Shown: positions 45,495-55,452, numbered from the stretch's first letter. The stretch is 61,990 nucleotides of DNA from a virus (IMGVR_UViG_3300042868_003570:1-61990); one strand, 5' to 3'. Numbers and translations: made by a program. The notes: a model not told the origin generated them from the sequence alone.

Positions 45495-46998
45495 GCAGGC
45501 CAAAGCGATGCTCATGCACATGGGCAAGCTGTCCTTGGAGGAAAAGCTCGAAGCGCTGGAGCTGCTCGATAAGGCCGAGGATCAGAAAAAGCGCACGCTG
45601 GCAAGAACTGACATGATCGAGTTTGCCAAGTCCGTGTACCCTGGCTTTAAGGTGGGGCCGCATCACAAAAAACTGGCGCGTATATTCGGTGATGTGATCT
45701 CGGGCAAGAAAAAGCGCGTCATCATCAACATCGCCCCGCGTATGGGCAAGTCCGAGTTCAGCTCGTACCTGTTCCCGTCTTTCTTTCTAGGTAGTTTCCC
45801 GGAGAAAAAGATCATCATGGCCACGCACACCGCAGGCTTGTCCGAGGACTTTGGACGCCGGGTCAGGAACTTGATCGACAGCGAGGACTACAAAGACCTG
45901 TTTGCCACCAAAATAGCCGATGACCAAAAAGCTGCGGGCAAGTGGAGCACTTCTGCTGGTGGGCAGTACTACGCGGCAGGTGTCGGTGGCGCTCTTGCCG
46001 GTCGTGGCGCTGATCTATTCGTTATCGACGATCCTCACTCGGAGCAAGACGTAAAGGCCAACAGCCGCTTGGCGTTTGATACAGCGTGGTCGTGGTTCCA
46101 GACCGGCCCGCTGCAGCGCTTGATGCCTGGGGGCGCGATCATTATCATCATGACGCGCTGGGGCAAGCTCGACCTTACAGGACGCTTGCTGGACTACCAG
46201 ACCAAGAACCCCGAGGCCGATCCGTGGGAGGTGGTGGAGCTGCCTGCCATACTGCACGAGGACACGGCCAACGAGAAAAGCCTGTGGCCCGAGCAGTGGC
46301 CGCTGGAGTCGCTCAAGCAAAAGAAAATGTCGCTGGACCCGCAGTACTGGAACGCGCAGTACATGCAAAACCCAGTATCTAATACTGCGGCCATCGTCAG
46401 CCGCAAGTCTTGGCGCATATGGCTTGCGGAAGAGCCGCCCCGCTGCGACTACATCATCCAGTCGTGGGACACGGCCTTTGAAGCCAAAACCAGCGCCGAC
46501 TATTCGGCGTGCACCACCTGGGGCGTGTTCTACAACGAGGAAGAAAACGACGCCGCTCAGATTATCTTGCTCGACGCGTTCAAAGACCGGATGCAGTTCC
46601 CGGAGTTAAAGGCCGCAGCGCTCAAGCACTATAAAGAGTGGGAGCCCGATGCGTTCATTGTGGAGAAAAAGGCCGCTGGCGCTCCGCTGATACAAGAACT
46701 CAGGCGCATGGGCATACCCGTGCAAGAGACCAACCCCAGCCGGGGCAACGACAAGATCGTGCGCCTGAACGCGGTTGCTGATTTATTTGCATCAAGTACA
46801 GTGTGGGCTCCAGATACTCGCTGGGCACGCGAGGTCATTGAGGAAGTTGCATCCTTTCCCAACGGCGAGAATGACGACTTCGTGGACACGACCTCCCAAG
46901 CACTACTCAGGTTCAGGCAAGGCGGGTTCATCTCGCTGGCAACGGACGAGCAAGATGCACCACGATTTTTTCGACGCCGCAGCGCGGCGTACTACTAA
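45466..46998 (+). CDS. terL: Terminase large subunit
   Basis: APRMGKS Walker A, VIDDP Walker B, MTRW, QSWDTA, IVEKKAAG, FPNGENDDFVDT. Confidence 0.96.
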   Translation: MTNSPTLTPEQAKAMLMHMGKLSLEEKLEALELLDKAEDQKKRTLARTDMIEFAKSVYPGFKVGPHHKKLARIFGDVISGKKKRVIINIAPRMGKSEFSSYLFPSFFLGSFPEKKIIMATHTAGLSEDFGRRVRNLIDSEDYKDLFATKIADDQKAAGKWSTSAGGQYYAAGVGGALAGRGADLFVIDDPHSEQDVKANSRLAFDTAWSWFQTGPLQRLMPGGAIIIIMTRWGKLDLTGRLLDYQTKNPEADPWEVVELPAILHEDTANEKSLWPEQWPLESLKQKKMSLDPQYWNAQYMQNPVSNTAAIVSRKSWRIWLAEEPPRCDYIIQSWDTAFEAKTSADYSACTTWGVFYNEEENDAAQIILLDAFKDRMQFPELKAAALKHYKEWEPDAFIVEKKAAGAPLIQELRRMGIPVQETNPSRGNDKIVRLNAVADLFASSTVWAPDTRWAREVIEEVASFPNGENDDFVDTTSQALLRFRQGGFISLATDEQDAPRFFRRRSAAYY

Positions 46999-47007
46999 GG
47001 ACACGAC

Positions 47008-49518
47008 ATGGCTACAAACATCGACAAAGCGCTGTACCAGCAGCCCAAGGGCATCGAGACGCTTGCGCAGGACGAAGAACCCATTGAGATCGAGATTATT
47101 GACCCCGAGGAGGTCAACATCCACGCAGGCGACATGGAGCTGTCCATACGCCCAGGTGAGGACGACGAGGACACGTTTGGCCAGAACCTTGCAGAAGAAC
47201 TCACGGAAAGCGAGCTGACCACGCTGGCAGGCGAGCTGTCCGAAGATATTATTAATGACCTGGGCTCACGCCGTGAGTGGGAGAAGTCCTACGTGCAGGG
47301 CATCAAGCTGCTGGGCCTGCAGTACGAGGAGCGCACAGAGCCGTGGGACGGCGCGTGTGGGGTGTTTCATCCCATGATTACAGAAGCCGTGGTCAGGTTC
47401 CAGTCAGAGTCGATCACGGAGACCTTCCCCGCGCAGGGGCCGGTCAAGACCAAGATACTGGGCAAGCAGACGCCGGAGAAGGACGAGGCGGCAGACCGGG
47501 TGCAGGACGACATGAACTACGAGCTGACCGAGGTCATGCGCGAGTTTCGCCCAGAGCACGAGAGGATGCTCTGGAGCCTGCCCGCCACGGGCTCTGCGTT
47601 CAAGAAGGTCTACTACGACCCCGGCCTGGGCCGTCAGGTCAGCATGTTCATACCGGCTGAAGACATCATCTTGCCGTACGGGGCGACGGACCTTGACACC
47701 TGCTACCGCGTCACGCACACGTTGAGAAAAACCAAGAGCGAGATCATCAAGCTCCAGCAAGCTGGGTTCTACCGCGACATCGAGCTGCCAGAGCCCGACA
47801 AGAGCAAGACCGACATCCAGCAGGCCAAGGACAAGGAGACGGGGTTCTCGGACTTGAACGATGACCGCTACACCCTGTACGAGAGCCACGTTGCGTTGGT
47901 GGTCAAGGGTGACGAGCACACCGAGATGGACGATGACGGCCAGCCCCTTGGCGTTACGCTGCCATACGTGATGACCATACTAAAGGGCAGCAACGAGGTG
48001 CTGTCCCTGCGCAGGAACTGGAGCGAGGACGACAAGCTGTGCCTCAAGCGCCAGCACTTTGTGCACTACCAGTACATCCCCGGCTTCGGAGCGTACGGGT
48101 TCGGGCTGTTCCACCTGATCGGTGGCTACGCCAAGAGCGCCACAAGCATCATGCGCCAGTTGGTGGATGCGGGCACGCTGTCTAACCTGCCGGGGGGTCT
48201 GAAGACCCGTGGCCTGCGGATCAAGGGAGATGACACTCCCATCGCGCCGGGTGAGTTCCGGGACGTAGACATCGGCTCAGGAGCGCTGCGCGACAACATC
48301 CTGCCGCTGCCCTACAAAGAGCCCTCTGCCGTGCTGGCAGCGCTCATGGACAAGATCGTCGAGGAGGGCCGCAGGTTCGCCGCTACGGCTGACATGAAGG
48401 TCTCGGACATGTCCGCGCAGGCCCCTGTGGGCACCACGCTTGCGCTGCTGGAGCGCCAGCTCAAGGTGATGACAGCAGTCTCAGCGCGTCTGCACTTCTC
48501 GTTCAAACAAGAGTTAAAACTTTTGGCGGGGCTCATTAGGGATTACACGGAGGACAGCTATGACTACGACCCGGTCGATGCCCCTCGTAAAGCCAAGAAG
48601 GCCGACTACAGCCACGTAGAGATCATCCCCGTGAGCGACCCCAACGCGGCCACCATGAGCCAGCGCGTGGTGCAGTACCAAGCGGTGATCCAGATGGCGC
48701 AGATGGCCCCTGACATCTACGACCTGCCCAAGCTGCACCGGGGAATGCTGGAGGTGTTGGGCATCAAGAACGCGGCTGATCTGGTGCCGCTGGAGGATGA
48801 CCAGAAACCCAAGGACCCCGTCTCCGAGAACATGGCAGCGCTCAAGGGCGAGCCGCTCAAGGCGTTCCAGTACCAAGACCACGAGTCCCACATTAAGGTG
48901 CACAGCTCGGCCATGCAGGACCCGATCATCATGCAGCTCGTCGGGCAGAACCCCAAAGCGCCGCAGATTCAAGCGGCCATGATGGCCCACATTGCCGAGC
49001 ACGTTGGCTTTGGCTACCGCCAAAAGATCGAGCAGCAGCTCGGGATGCCCCTGCCGCCGCAAGACGAGAAGCTGCCGCCCGAGATCGAGCTGCAGCTCAG
49101 CGCCATGATGGCGCAGGCCGCGCAGCAGGTCCTGCAGCAAAACCAAGCGATGGCTGCGCAGCAGCAAGCGCAGCAGCAACAGCAAGACCCGCTCATCCAG
49201 ATGCAGCAGCAAGAGCTTCAGATTCGCACGCAAGAGGTGCAGATCAAGGCCCAGGAGGTGCAGATCAAGGAGAAACAGATGGCCATCGACGCCGCTGCTC
49301 GGGCAGACGAGCTGGCGCTCAAGCGCGAGGACTTGACCACACGTATGCAGCTCGAAGGCACAAAGGTCGCGGCCAAGATGCGCTACGACAACGAGCGGCT
49401 GGCCGCTGAACAGCAGCGCGACGGTGCACGCATGGGCATTGATATTGCCAAAAGCAAAGACCAGATGGCGCAGCAGCAGCGGATGCAGCAACAGCAAAAA
49501 GGAAAGACCACCAAATGA
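47008..49518 (+). CDS. Portal protein
   Basis: 836 aa after TerL; GSAFKKVYYD, GFGAYGFG; Q-rich C-terminal coiled barrel. Confidence 0.9.
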   Translation: MATNIDKALYQQPKGIETLAQDEEPIEIEIIDPEEVNIHAGDMELSIRPGEDDEDTFGQNLAEELTESELTTLAGELSEDIINDLGSRREWEKSYVQGIKLLGLQYEERTEPWDGACGVFHPMITEAVVRFQSESITETFPAQGPVKTKILGKQTPEKDEAADRVQDDMNYELTEVMREFRPEHERMLWSLPATGSAFKKVYYDPGLGRQVSMFIPAEDIILPYGATDLDTCYRVTHTLRKTKSEIIKLQQAGFYRDIELPEPDKSKTDIQQAKDKETGFSDLNDDRYTLYESHVALVVKGDEHTEMDDDGQPLGVTLPYVMTILKGSNEVLSLRRNWSEDDKLCLKRQHFVHYQYIPGFGAYGFGLFHLIGGYAKSATSIMRQLVDAGTLSNLPGGLKTRGLRIKGDDTPIAPGEFRDVDIGSGALRDNILPLPYKEPSAVLAALMDKIVEEGRRFAATADMKVSDMSAQAPVGTTLALLERQLKVMTAVSARLHFSFKQELKLLAGLIRDYTEDSYDYDPVDAPRKAKKADYSHVEIIPVSDPNAATMSQRVVQYQAVIQMAQMAPDIYDLPKLHRGMLEVLGIKNAADLVPLEDDQKPKDPVSENMAALKGEPLKAFQYQDHESHIKVHSSAMQDPIIMQLVGQNPKAPQIQAAMMAHIAEHVGFGYRQKIEQQLGMPLPPQDEKLPPEIELQLSAMMAQAAQQVLQQNQAMAAQQQAQQQQQDPLIQMQQQELQIRTQEVQIKAQEVQIKEKQMAIDAAARADELALKREDLTTRMQLEGTKVAAKMRYDNERLAAEQQRDGARMGIDIAKSKDQMAQQQRMQQQQKGKTTK

Positions 49519-49709
49519 TCCAAGATTTCACACGCGTGCTGCGCGAAAAACTACGTGCCGACATGAACAACTACGCCGATGACTTGGCGGGGGGAGGCTG
49601 TCGCACTTTTGAGGAGTACCAAAAACTTTGCGGGGTAATTCAGGGTCTTGCTACCGCAGAGCGCCATCTACTTGACCTTGCAGAGAAAGTTGAAAAAGCC
49701 CATGAGTGA
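49515..49709 (+). CDS. Small head-module protein
   Basis: EEYQKLCGVIQGL motif; follows the portal. Confidence 0.75.
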   Translation: MIQDFTRVLREKLRADMNNYADDLAGGGCRTFEEYQKLCGVIQGLATAERHLLDLAEKVEKAHE

Positions 49710-50136
49710 AATCCTCCTGCCTCCCGGCATTAGTCTGCCGCCCACTATTCAGCCAAAGCACGCGCCTGCACCAGAGGCAGCGGCAGAGGAGAAAGCAACA
49801 AGCTTGCCTATCCCCACTGGCTGGAAACTGCTGTGTATCGTGCCCGATGTGTCCGAAAAACTCGACGGTACGGAGCTTGACTTGGTCAAACCAACGTCAT
49901 TTCTCAAACAAGAAGAGCACGCGACCACCGTGTTGTTCGTCTTGGATGTTGGCCCTGATGCATATAAAGATCAGGCTAAGTTCCCCAACGGCGCTTGGTG
50001 CAAAAAAGGCGACTTCGTCTTGGTCCGTACGTACTCCGGTACCCGGTTTAAGATTTTTGGCAAAGAGTTTCGCTTGATTAATGACGATCAGGTGGACGCA
50101 GTAGTGCAAGACCCTCGCGGCGTAACCCGCGCATAA
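49702..50136 (+). CDS. groES: GroES-like co-chaperonin
   Basis: PTGWKLL, VGPDAY, WCKKGDFV, YSGTR, FRLINDDQVDA. Confidence 0.85.
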   Translation: MSEILLPPGISLPPTIQPKHAPAPEAAAEEKATSLPIPTGWKLLCIVPDVSEKLDGTELDLVKPTSFLKQEEHATTVLFVLDVGPDAYKDQAKFPNGAWCKKGDFVLVRTYSGTRFKIFGKEFRLINDDQVDAVVQDPRGVTRA

Positions 50137-50145
50137 GGAGCGATC

Positions 50146-51102
50146 ATGGCAAACGAGTTTAAATTTCCTGACGAAAAGGAAAATGACGAGTCCAAGATTG
50201 AGATCACGACAGCCGGTGAGAGCGATGTCGAGATTGATATTGTTGACGACACCCCAGAGCGTGACAGAGGCCGCAGGCCGCTGGACCGTGAGGTAAACGA
50301 CCCGACCGATGAGGAGTTGGACAGCTACACCGACGGCGTTAAAAAGCGCCTCAAAGAGCTGACGCACGCACGCCACGACGAGCGCAGGGCAAAAGAGTCC
50401 CTGGCACGGGAGAAAGCGGAGCTTGAGCGCTTGGCCTACGCAATGGTGGACGAGAACAACCGGCTCAAGCAGTACGTGCAGGCGGGCACTCAGCAGTACA
50501 TGTCGCTTACTCAGGAGGCTGCAGAGGCCAAACTGGAGAAAGCCCGCCGAGAACTTAAAGCGGCGCAAGAAGCGTTTGATACTGACGCCATTATTGCCGC
50601 CCAAGAGGCGCTGGCTGAAGCTAAGTGGGACTCGCAAAGTGCAAAAAATATGCGTGCACCCACTTTACAACAGTCGCAAGACCGTGTACAAACTCAGCAA
50701 CCGCAACCAGAACCTGTGCGGGCCGACGAGAAAACACTGCGCTGGCAGGCAAAAAACCAGTGGTTCGGCTCTGATGGTTTTGAGGAAGTCACCAGCTACG
50801 CACTAGGGCTGCATCAAAAGCTAGTCAATAACGGGGTTGATCCCCGCAGTGATGAATATTTCGAGCAGATCAATGCTCGCGTACAGTCCAAGTTCCCTGA
50901 AGTTTTTGGGGAAGACAGGCAACGGTCACAAGGTTCTTCCACGGCGAGAAAACCTACATCTGTTGTGGCTCCCGCCAGTCGTTCGACAGGCAAGAGACGG
51001 GTTGAATTTACGCCCACGCAAGCCGCGTTGGTTAAGAGGTTCAATCTCGATCCGCAAAAGTATGCACAGGAAGTTTTAAAACTGGAGTCCCAAAATGGCT
51101 GA
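50146..51102 (+). CDS. Capsid scaffolding protein (probable)
   Basis: Acidic N-terminus, coiled coil, NQWFG motif; lies before the capsid genes. Confidence 0.7.
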   Translation: MANEFKFPDEKENDESKIEITTAGESDVEIDIVDDTPERDRGRRPLDREVNDPTDEELDSYTDGVKKRLKELTHARHDERRAKESLAREKAELERLAYAMVDENNRLKQYVQAGTQQYMSLTQEAAEAKLEKARRELKAAQEAFDTDAIIAAQEALAEAKWDSQSAKNMRAPTLQQSQDRVQTQQPQPEPVRADEKTLRWQAKNQWFGSDGFEEVTSYALGLHQKLVNNGVDPRSDEYFEQINARVQSKFPEVFGEDRQRSQGSSTARKPTSVVAPASRSTGKRRVEFTPTQAALVKRFNLDPQKYAQEVLKLESQNG

Positions 51103-51553
51103 ACTACAAGACCGTACCAATCGTGACCTGAAGTCACGCGAAAAATCTGCTCGTGCTGTGTATACACCGCCGAGTAACTTGCCTGATCCGACACCTGAGC
51201 CGGGGTGGGTTTACCATTGGGTTGGTACTCATATCCTCGGGCAGTCAAACCCCACCAACGTGTCCCAAAAGATGCGTGAAGGCTGGGAGCCGGTAAAGGC
51301 CGTGGACCATCCAGAACTGATGCTTATGGGCAGTGAGAAGACTGGCAATGTGGAAATTGGTGGCTTGATGCTTTGCAAAATGCCCACCGAGCGTTTCCGC
51401 TCCCGCCAGGACTACTACAACAACCAAGCTCAGGGACAGATGGACTCAGTGGACAACCACTTTTTGCGTAATAACGACCCCCGTATGCCCTTGTTTGCGG
51501 AGAAGAAATCTTCCACGACACGCGGCGTCGGATTTGGTTCTGGTTCAAAGTAA
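51095..51553 (+). CDS. Head-module hypothetical protein
   Basis: REGWEPV, GGLMLCK. Confidence 0.75.
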   Translation: MAELQDRTNRDLKSREKSARAVYTPPSNLPDPTPEPGWVYHWVGTHILGQSNPTNVSQKMREGWEPVKAVDHPELMLMGSEKTGNVEIGGLMLCKMPTERFRSRQDYYNNQAQGQMDSVDNHFLRNNDPRMPLFAEKKSSTTRGVGFGSGSK

Positions 51554-51566
51554 CAAGGAGTCTTAA

Positions 51567-52193
51567 ATGGCATCAGTAGCAGCCCCTTACGGTCTCAAAC
51601 CCGTAAATCAGTTGGGTGGCACCCCATATGCAGGTGCAACCCGTTCCTATCTCATTGACCCCGCAGGCACCGCCTCAAACATTTTCAACGGCTCGCCCGT
51701 GTACGTAAATGCAAGCGGCTACTTGGCTGTGGCAACTGCAACCGGCGCTGACGCGACGACCAACGGCTTTCCTGTCGGTACCGCTAACACGGGTATCGTG
51801 GGTGTGTTTGTTGGCTGCTCGTTCTTCAACGCTCAAGGGCAGTTGATTTTCTCGCAGTACTACCCCACGGGTACCACTGGCGTTATCCAAGCGTCGGTTG
51901 TTGACGATCCCAACGTGGTGTTTCAGGTCCAGTCCGCTGGCTCTGTGACGCAAGCCGCTGTGGGCGCGAACTTGTTCTTCACCACAAGCGCTGTGGCAAC
52001 TGGTAGCACAACCACGGGTAACTCTACGGCTTCTGTCGTAGCAGGCTCCTCGGCTGTGACCACCACTGCAGCCTTCCGTGTTGTCGGGTTTCCCAACGTG
52101 CAGGGATTTTCGGTTGTGGGCGACGCCTTCACTGATGTCTATGTGAAGATCAACCCCGGCTATCACAGCTTCACCAACGCCGTTGGTCTGTAA
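51567..52193 (+). CDS. Capsid decoration/auxiliary protein
   Basis: PYGLKP, GVFVGC, VDDPNVVF; directly before the major capsid gene. Confidence 0.7.
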   Translation: MASVAAPYGLKPVNQLGGTPYAGATRSYLIDPAGTASNIFNGSPVYVNASGYLAVATATGADATTNGFPVGTANTGIVGVFVGCSFFNAQGQLIFSQYYPTGTTGVIQASVVDDPNVVFQVQSAGSVTQAAVGANLFFTTSAVATGSTTTGNSTASVVAGSSAVTTTAAFRVVGFPNVQGFSVVGDAFTDVYVKINPGYHSFTNAVGL

Positions 52194-52206
52194 GGAGTAT
52201 TAAAAA

Positions 52207-53139
52207 ATGGCTATTTCACGCGCACAACTGCTCAAAGAGCTGCTCCCCGGTCTGAACGCCCTGTTTGGCATGGAGTACTCTCGTTACGGCGAAGAGCACA
52301 AGGAACTCTACGAGACCGAGAAATCGGAGCGTAGCTTTGAAGAAGAGACCAAGCTGGCTGGCTTCAGCGCTGCACCTGTCAAGAGCGAGGGTTCTGCCAT
52401 CGCTTATGACAATGCGCAAGAGGCGTTCACTGCCCGCTACACCCACGAGACCATTGCTCTGGGCTTCTCGATCACCGAAGAGGCGGTTGAGGACAACCTG
52501 TACGACAGCCTGTCTGCTCGTTACACCAAAGCTCTGGCCCGCGCCATGTCCTACACCAAGCAGGTCAAGGCTGCAGCCGTTGTCAACAACGGTTTCAACG
52601 GCTCGTATCTCGGCGGTGACGGTGTCACGTTGTTTGGCAACAACAGCTCCAACACTCGTGTTGGCCACCCGCTCGTTGGCGGCGGTGTCAACTTCAACAG
52701 CCCAACCACGGGCGTTGACTTGAACGAGACTGCTCTGGAAAACGCTGTGATTCAAATCGCTGCGTGGACCGATGAGCGTGGTCTGCTGATTGCTGCCAAG
52801 CCGCGCAAGATGGTGATCCCTCCGGCCCTGATGTTCGTTGCCAAGCGTCTGCTTGACACTGAGCTGCGGGTTTCCACTGCTGATAACGACATCAACGCGA
52901 TCAAGCAGATGGGCGCTATCCCAGAAGGCTACACGGTCAACCACTTCTTCACCGATCCGAACGCATGGTTCCTGTGCACTGACGTTCCCAACGGCATGAA
53001 GCACTTTGAGCGTATGCCTTTGTCAAACTCAATGGACGGTGATTTTGATACTGGCAACGTGCGCTACAAGGCCCGCGAGCGTTACAGTTTTGGCTGGTCT
53101 GACCCCCTCGGCATGTGGGGTTCGTCAGGTTCGTCCTGA
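52207..53139 (+). CDS. Major capsid protein (Mu gpT-like HK97 fold)
   Basis: MAISRAQLLKELLPGLNALFG; DFDTGNVRYKARERYSFGWSDP; followed by a terminator. Confidence 0.92.
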   Translation: MAISRAQLLKELLPGLNALFGMEYSRYGEEHKELYETEKSERSFEEETKLAGFSAAPVKSEGSAIAYDNAQEAFTARYTHETIALGFSITEEAVEDNLYDSLSARYTKALARAMSYTKQVKAAAVVNNGFNGSYLGGDGVTLFGNNSSNTRVGHPLVGGGVNFNSPTTGVDLNETALENAVIQIAAWTDERGLLIAAKPRKMVIPPALMFVAKRLLDTELRVSTADNDINAIKQMGAIPEGYTVNHFFTDPNAWFLCTDVPNGMKHFERMPLSNSMDGDFDTGNVRYKARERYSFGWSDPLGMWGSSGSS

Positions 53140-53160
53140 TTTTGTAGGGTAATCCCTAGT

Positions 53161-53189
53161 AAAAACGGCCCTTCGGGGCCGTTTTTCTT
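53161..53189 (+). terminator. Intrinsic terminator after the major capsid gene
   Basis: AAAAACGGCCC-TTCG-GGGCCGTTTTT. Confidence 0.9.
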
Positions 53190-53240
53190 TGCCTGCGTAC
53201 GGTGTACACTGTTACCTGTGTCAAACCACAGGAGCACCAC

Positions 53241-53861
53241 ATGGACACCGCAACACTACCCAAGACCCGTGCCGATGCAAAGGCGACGGGGGCATCGCAC
53301 TACTTCACTGGAGAGCCCTGCAAGCACGGCCACATTGCCCCCCGCAAAACCAAAGGCGCGTGTGTTGAGTGCCTCAAGGTTGAGTGGGCTCTCGGCAACA
53401 CAGAGCGGGCGGAGTACTTCCGTGAGTACAACCGTTCAGACGCAGGTAAGGAGGCAAAACAGCGGTACTACGAGGCTAACAAACCAGCCGTAGTTGCTAA
53501 AGCGCGGGCAACCCCCAACGCACTGAAGAACGCGTATCGAAAGAGGTGGAAAGAAGAAAACACGTTGCAAGTTTTGGCGGATAACAAGGTGCGTCGGCGT
53601 AAACACCGGACAGCTACACCCCCGTGGATGACGCGCAGGCAAAAAAGTGAGATACGCTCCATGTACCAAGCCGCTATTCTGTCGTCCAAGATTACGGGGG
53701 AGAAGTACGTTGTGGACCACATCTACCCGTTGCGCTCAGAAGTCGTTTGTGGGCTGCATGTGCCGTGGAACTTGCGCATCATTACGCAGCAACAGAATTT
53801 GCAAAAATCAAACGCCATGCCGGGAGACGAAGAAGCGCTTGCGTTCCCCCCAAAGCCGTGA
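53241..53861 (+). CDS. Freestanding HNH homing endonuclease
   Basis: YFTGEPCKHGH, CVEC, VDHIYPL...GLHVPWNL...N..KSN. Confidence 0.9.
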   Translation: MDTATLPKTRADAKATGASHYFTGEPCKHGHIAPRKTKGACVECLKVEWALGNTERAEYFREYNRSDAGKEAKQRYYEANKPAVVAKARATPNALKNAYRKRWKEENTLQVLADNKVRRRKHRTATPPWMTRRQKSEIRSMYQAAILSSKITGEKYVVDHIYPLRSEVVCGLHVPWNLRIITQQQNLQKSNAMPGDEEALAFPPKP

Positions 53862-53867
53862 TACAAA
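53839..53867 (+). promoter_or_regulatory. Sigma70-like promoter TTGCGT-N17-TACAAA with extended -10 TG
   Basis: -35 at 53839-53844, TG 53859-53860, -10 at 53862-53867. Confidence 0.55.
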
Positions 53868-53876
53868 CACCGTATT

Positions 53877-53951
53877 CCGGGGTTCCCGGCGTTCTGACAG
53901 TCCCGGCTGACGACATGCAGACAGAACGCCCACAATACTCGCATGTGAGGA
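53877..53951 (+). ncRNA. Candidate cis-regulatory leader RNA with interlocked pairings
   Basis: GGCGTTCTG/CAGAACGCC stem, CCGGG/CCCGG and ACATGC/GCATGT crossing pairings; the last abuts the GAGGA RBS. Confidence 0.6.
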
Positions 53952-53955
53952 AATC

Positions 53956-54474
53956 ATGGCTAATACCACCTTCAACGGCCCAGTTCGTTCCGAGAATGGC
54001 TTTCAAACCATCTCCACCAACGCTACAACGGGTGCGGTTACTGTCACCAGCACGCTTGGCGTCACCACCAGCGTGACCAACTTGACTGCGACGAACTTGG
54101 TCTTCACCGACCAAAACCACCCAACGACAGCCGCAATTAACGCCACTGCAACAGCCACTGCTGCTGAAGTTGCCACTGGCTACATCACCTCCACCTCGGC
54201 TGCCGCAACGACCATCACGCTGCCTACGGGCACGGCGCTTGGTGCTGCTATTAGTGCTGTTAAAGGTACCGTTCTCGATCTGTACGTGGACAACACTGGG
54301 GGCGCATCGACCGTGACCATTGCGGTTGCTACCAACGGCATCTTGTCCAGCGCTGCTGCGGACACTCCAGGCTCGTTTGGTGACTTGACCATTGCCGCTG
54401 GTGCCACGGGCCTTGCCCGGTTCACCATCATGTTCTCCAGTGCCACCGCCTACGTGTTTACCCGTACGGCTTAA
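53956..54474 (+). CDS. Virion structural protein (head fibre/decoration-like)
   Basis: MANTTFNGPVRSENGF; Thr/Ala-rich, TITLPT. Confidence 0.75.
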   Translation: MANTTFNGPVRSENGFQTISTNATTGAVTVTSTLGVTTSVTNLTATNLVFTDQNHPTTAAINATATATAAEVATGYITSTSAAATTITLPTGTALGAAISAVKGTVLDLYVDNTGGASTVTIAVATNGILSSAAADTPGSFGDLTIAAGATGLARFTIMFSSATAYVFTRTA

Positions 54475-54486
54475 TAGGAGCGCATC

Positions 54487-54768
54487 ATGACGATGCAAAC
54501 AGACGTTAAGGCGGCGCACGCCGAAGCCACAGGCACAATTGTCTCTGGACGAAACCGCCTGAAGGGGTATCAGTGCATATCGGGCGGGACGGCGGGCGAT
54601 ATTATTTTTAGAGACGGGGGAGCTTCCGGCACTATCCGTCTGCAATTTAACATTGGTACAGGCACGCAGCCAATTGGGCTACCAATTCCGGGCGAGGGCA
54701 TCCTGTACTACACAGACATTCACGTTACGCTTCCAACAAGCGCGAAAGTGACGGTGTTTTATGGCTAA
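54487..54768 (+). CDS. Small structural protein
   Basis: IPGEGIL...VTVFYG. Confidence 0.7.
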   Translation: MTMQTDVKAAHAEATGTIVSGRNRLKGYQCISGGTAGDIIFRDGGASGTIRLQFNIGTGTQPIGLPIPGEGILYYTDIHVTLPTSAKVTVFYG

Positions 54769-55015
54769 GTCACCCGCATGGACACGCAAAGAAGGCAAGT
54801 CGGAAAAGGGTGGCTTGAACGCCAAGGGGCGGGCGTCCTACAACAAGGCCAATCCGGGAAAACCCGGACTGAAAGCCCCCCAGCCCGAGGGCGGCAGCAG
54901 GCGCGACTCTTTCTGTGCCCGTATGACCGGCATGAAAAAGAAGTTGACCAGCGAGAAGACTGCCAAAGACCCCAACAGCCGCATCAACAAGAGCCTTCGG
55001 GCGTGGAAATGCTGA
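54761..55015 (+). CDS. Small basic protein (DUF6321-like)
   Basis: PAWTRKEGK...GGLNAKGR...RRDSFCARM...SLRAWKC. Confidence 0.75.
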   Translation: MAKSPAWTRKEGKSEKGGLNAKGRASYNKANPGKPGLKAPQPEGGSRRDSFCARMTGMKKKLTSEKTAKDPNSRINKSLRAWKC

Positions 55016-55016
55016 C

Positions 55017-55214
55017 ATGAGCCAGAACACAGACCTTGTAAAAAACACCGTGGATATTGTCTCGGTGTTTGCGGCCATTGGCTCGTTCTTGGAGCTGCTC
55101 ACGCCCGTGTTTGGCTTGATTGGTGCGGTGTGGACGCTGATGCGGATTATTGAGATGGTTTCCGGTAAGCCTTTTGCGGAGTTGATCCGCAAGGGCAATT
55201 CAAAGCAAGAGTAA
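55017..55214 (+). CDS. Small membrane protein
   Basis: Hydrophobic core, basic tail. Confidence 0.65.
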   Translation: MSQNTDLVKNTVDIVSVFAAIGSFLELLTPVFGLIGAVWTLMRIIEMVSGKPFAELIRKGNSKQE

Positions 55215-55232
55215 TTTTTAAAAGGTGACACT

Positions 55233-55451
55233 ATGGCTTCCAAAATGAACCCTGGTTTTATGGCAATGATGGCCAAGAAAAAAGGCGCACCGGCTAAGAA
55301 GATGGCTGGTGGCGGCATGTCCAGCATGGGCTCGGTTCGCACCGCAGCTCCTAGCAAAGACGGTCTTTCTAGCGTCAAGACCAAGGGCAAGATGGTCAAA
55401 ATGTCGGGCAGCAAACCTCTGGGCATGAAGTCCGGCGGCAAAACTTGCTGA
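55233..55451 (+). CDS. Small basic Met/Lys/Gly-rich protein
   Basis: AAGG RBS; MAGGG and MKSGG motifs. Confidence 0.7.
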   Translation: MASKMNPGFMAMMAKKKGAPAKKMAGGGMSSMGSVRTAAPSKDGLSSVKTKGKMVKMSGSKPLGMKSGGKTC

Positions 55452-55452
55452 T

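Noticed and set aside
53877-53946. HDV-like (theta) ribozyme
   Set aside because: No room for P3/L3 between the helices and no adjacent tRNA
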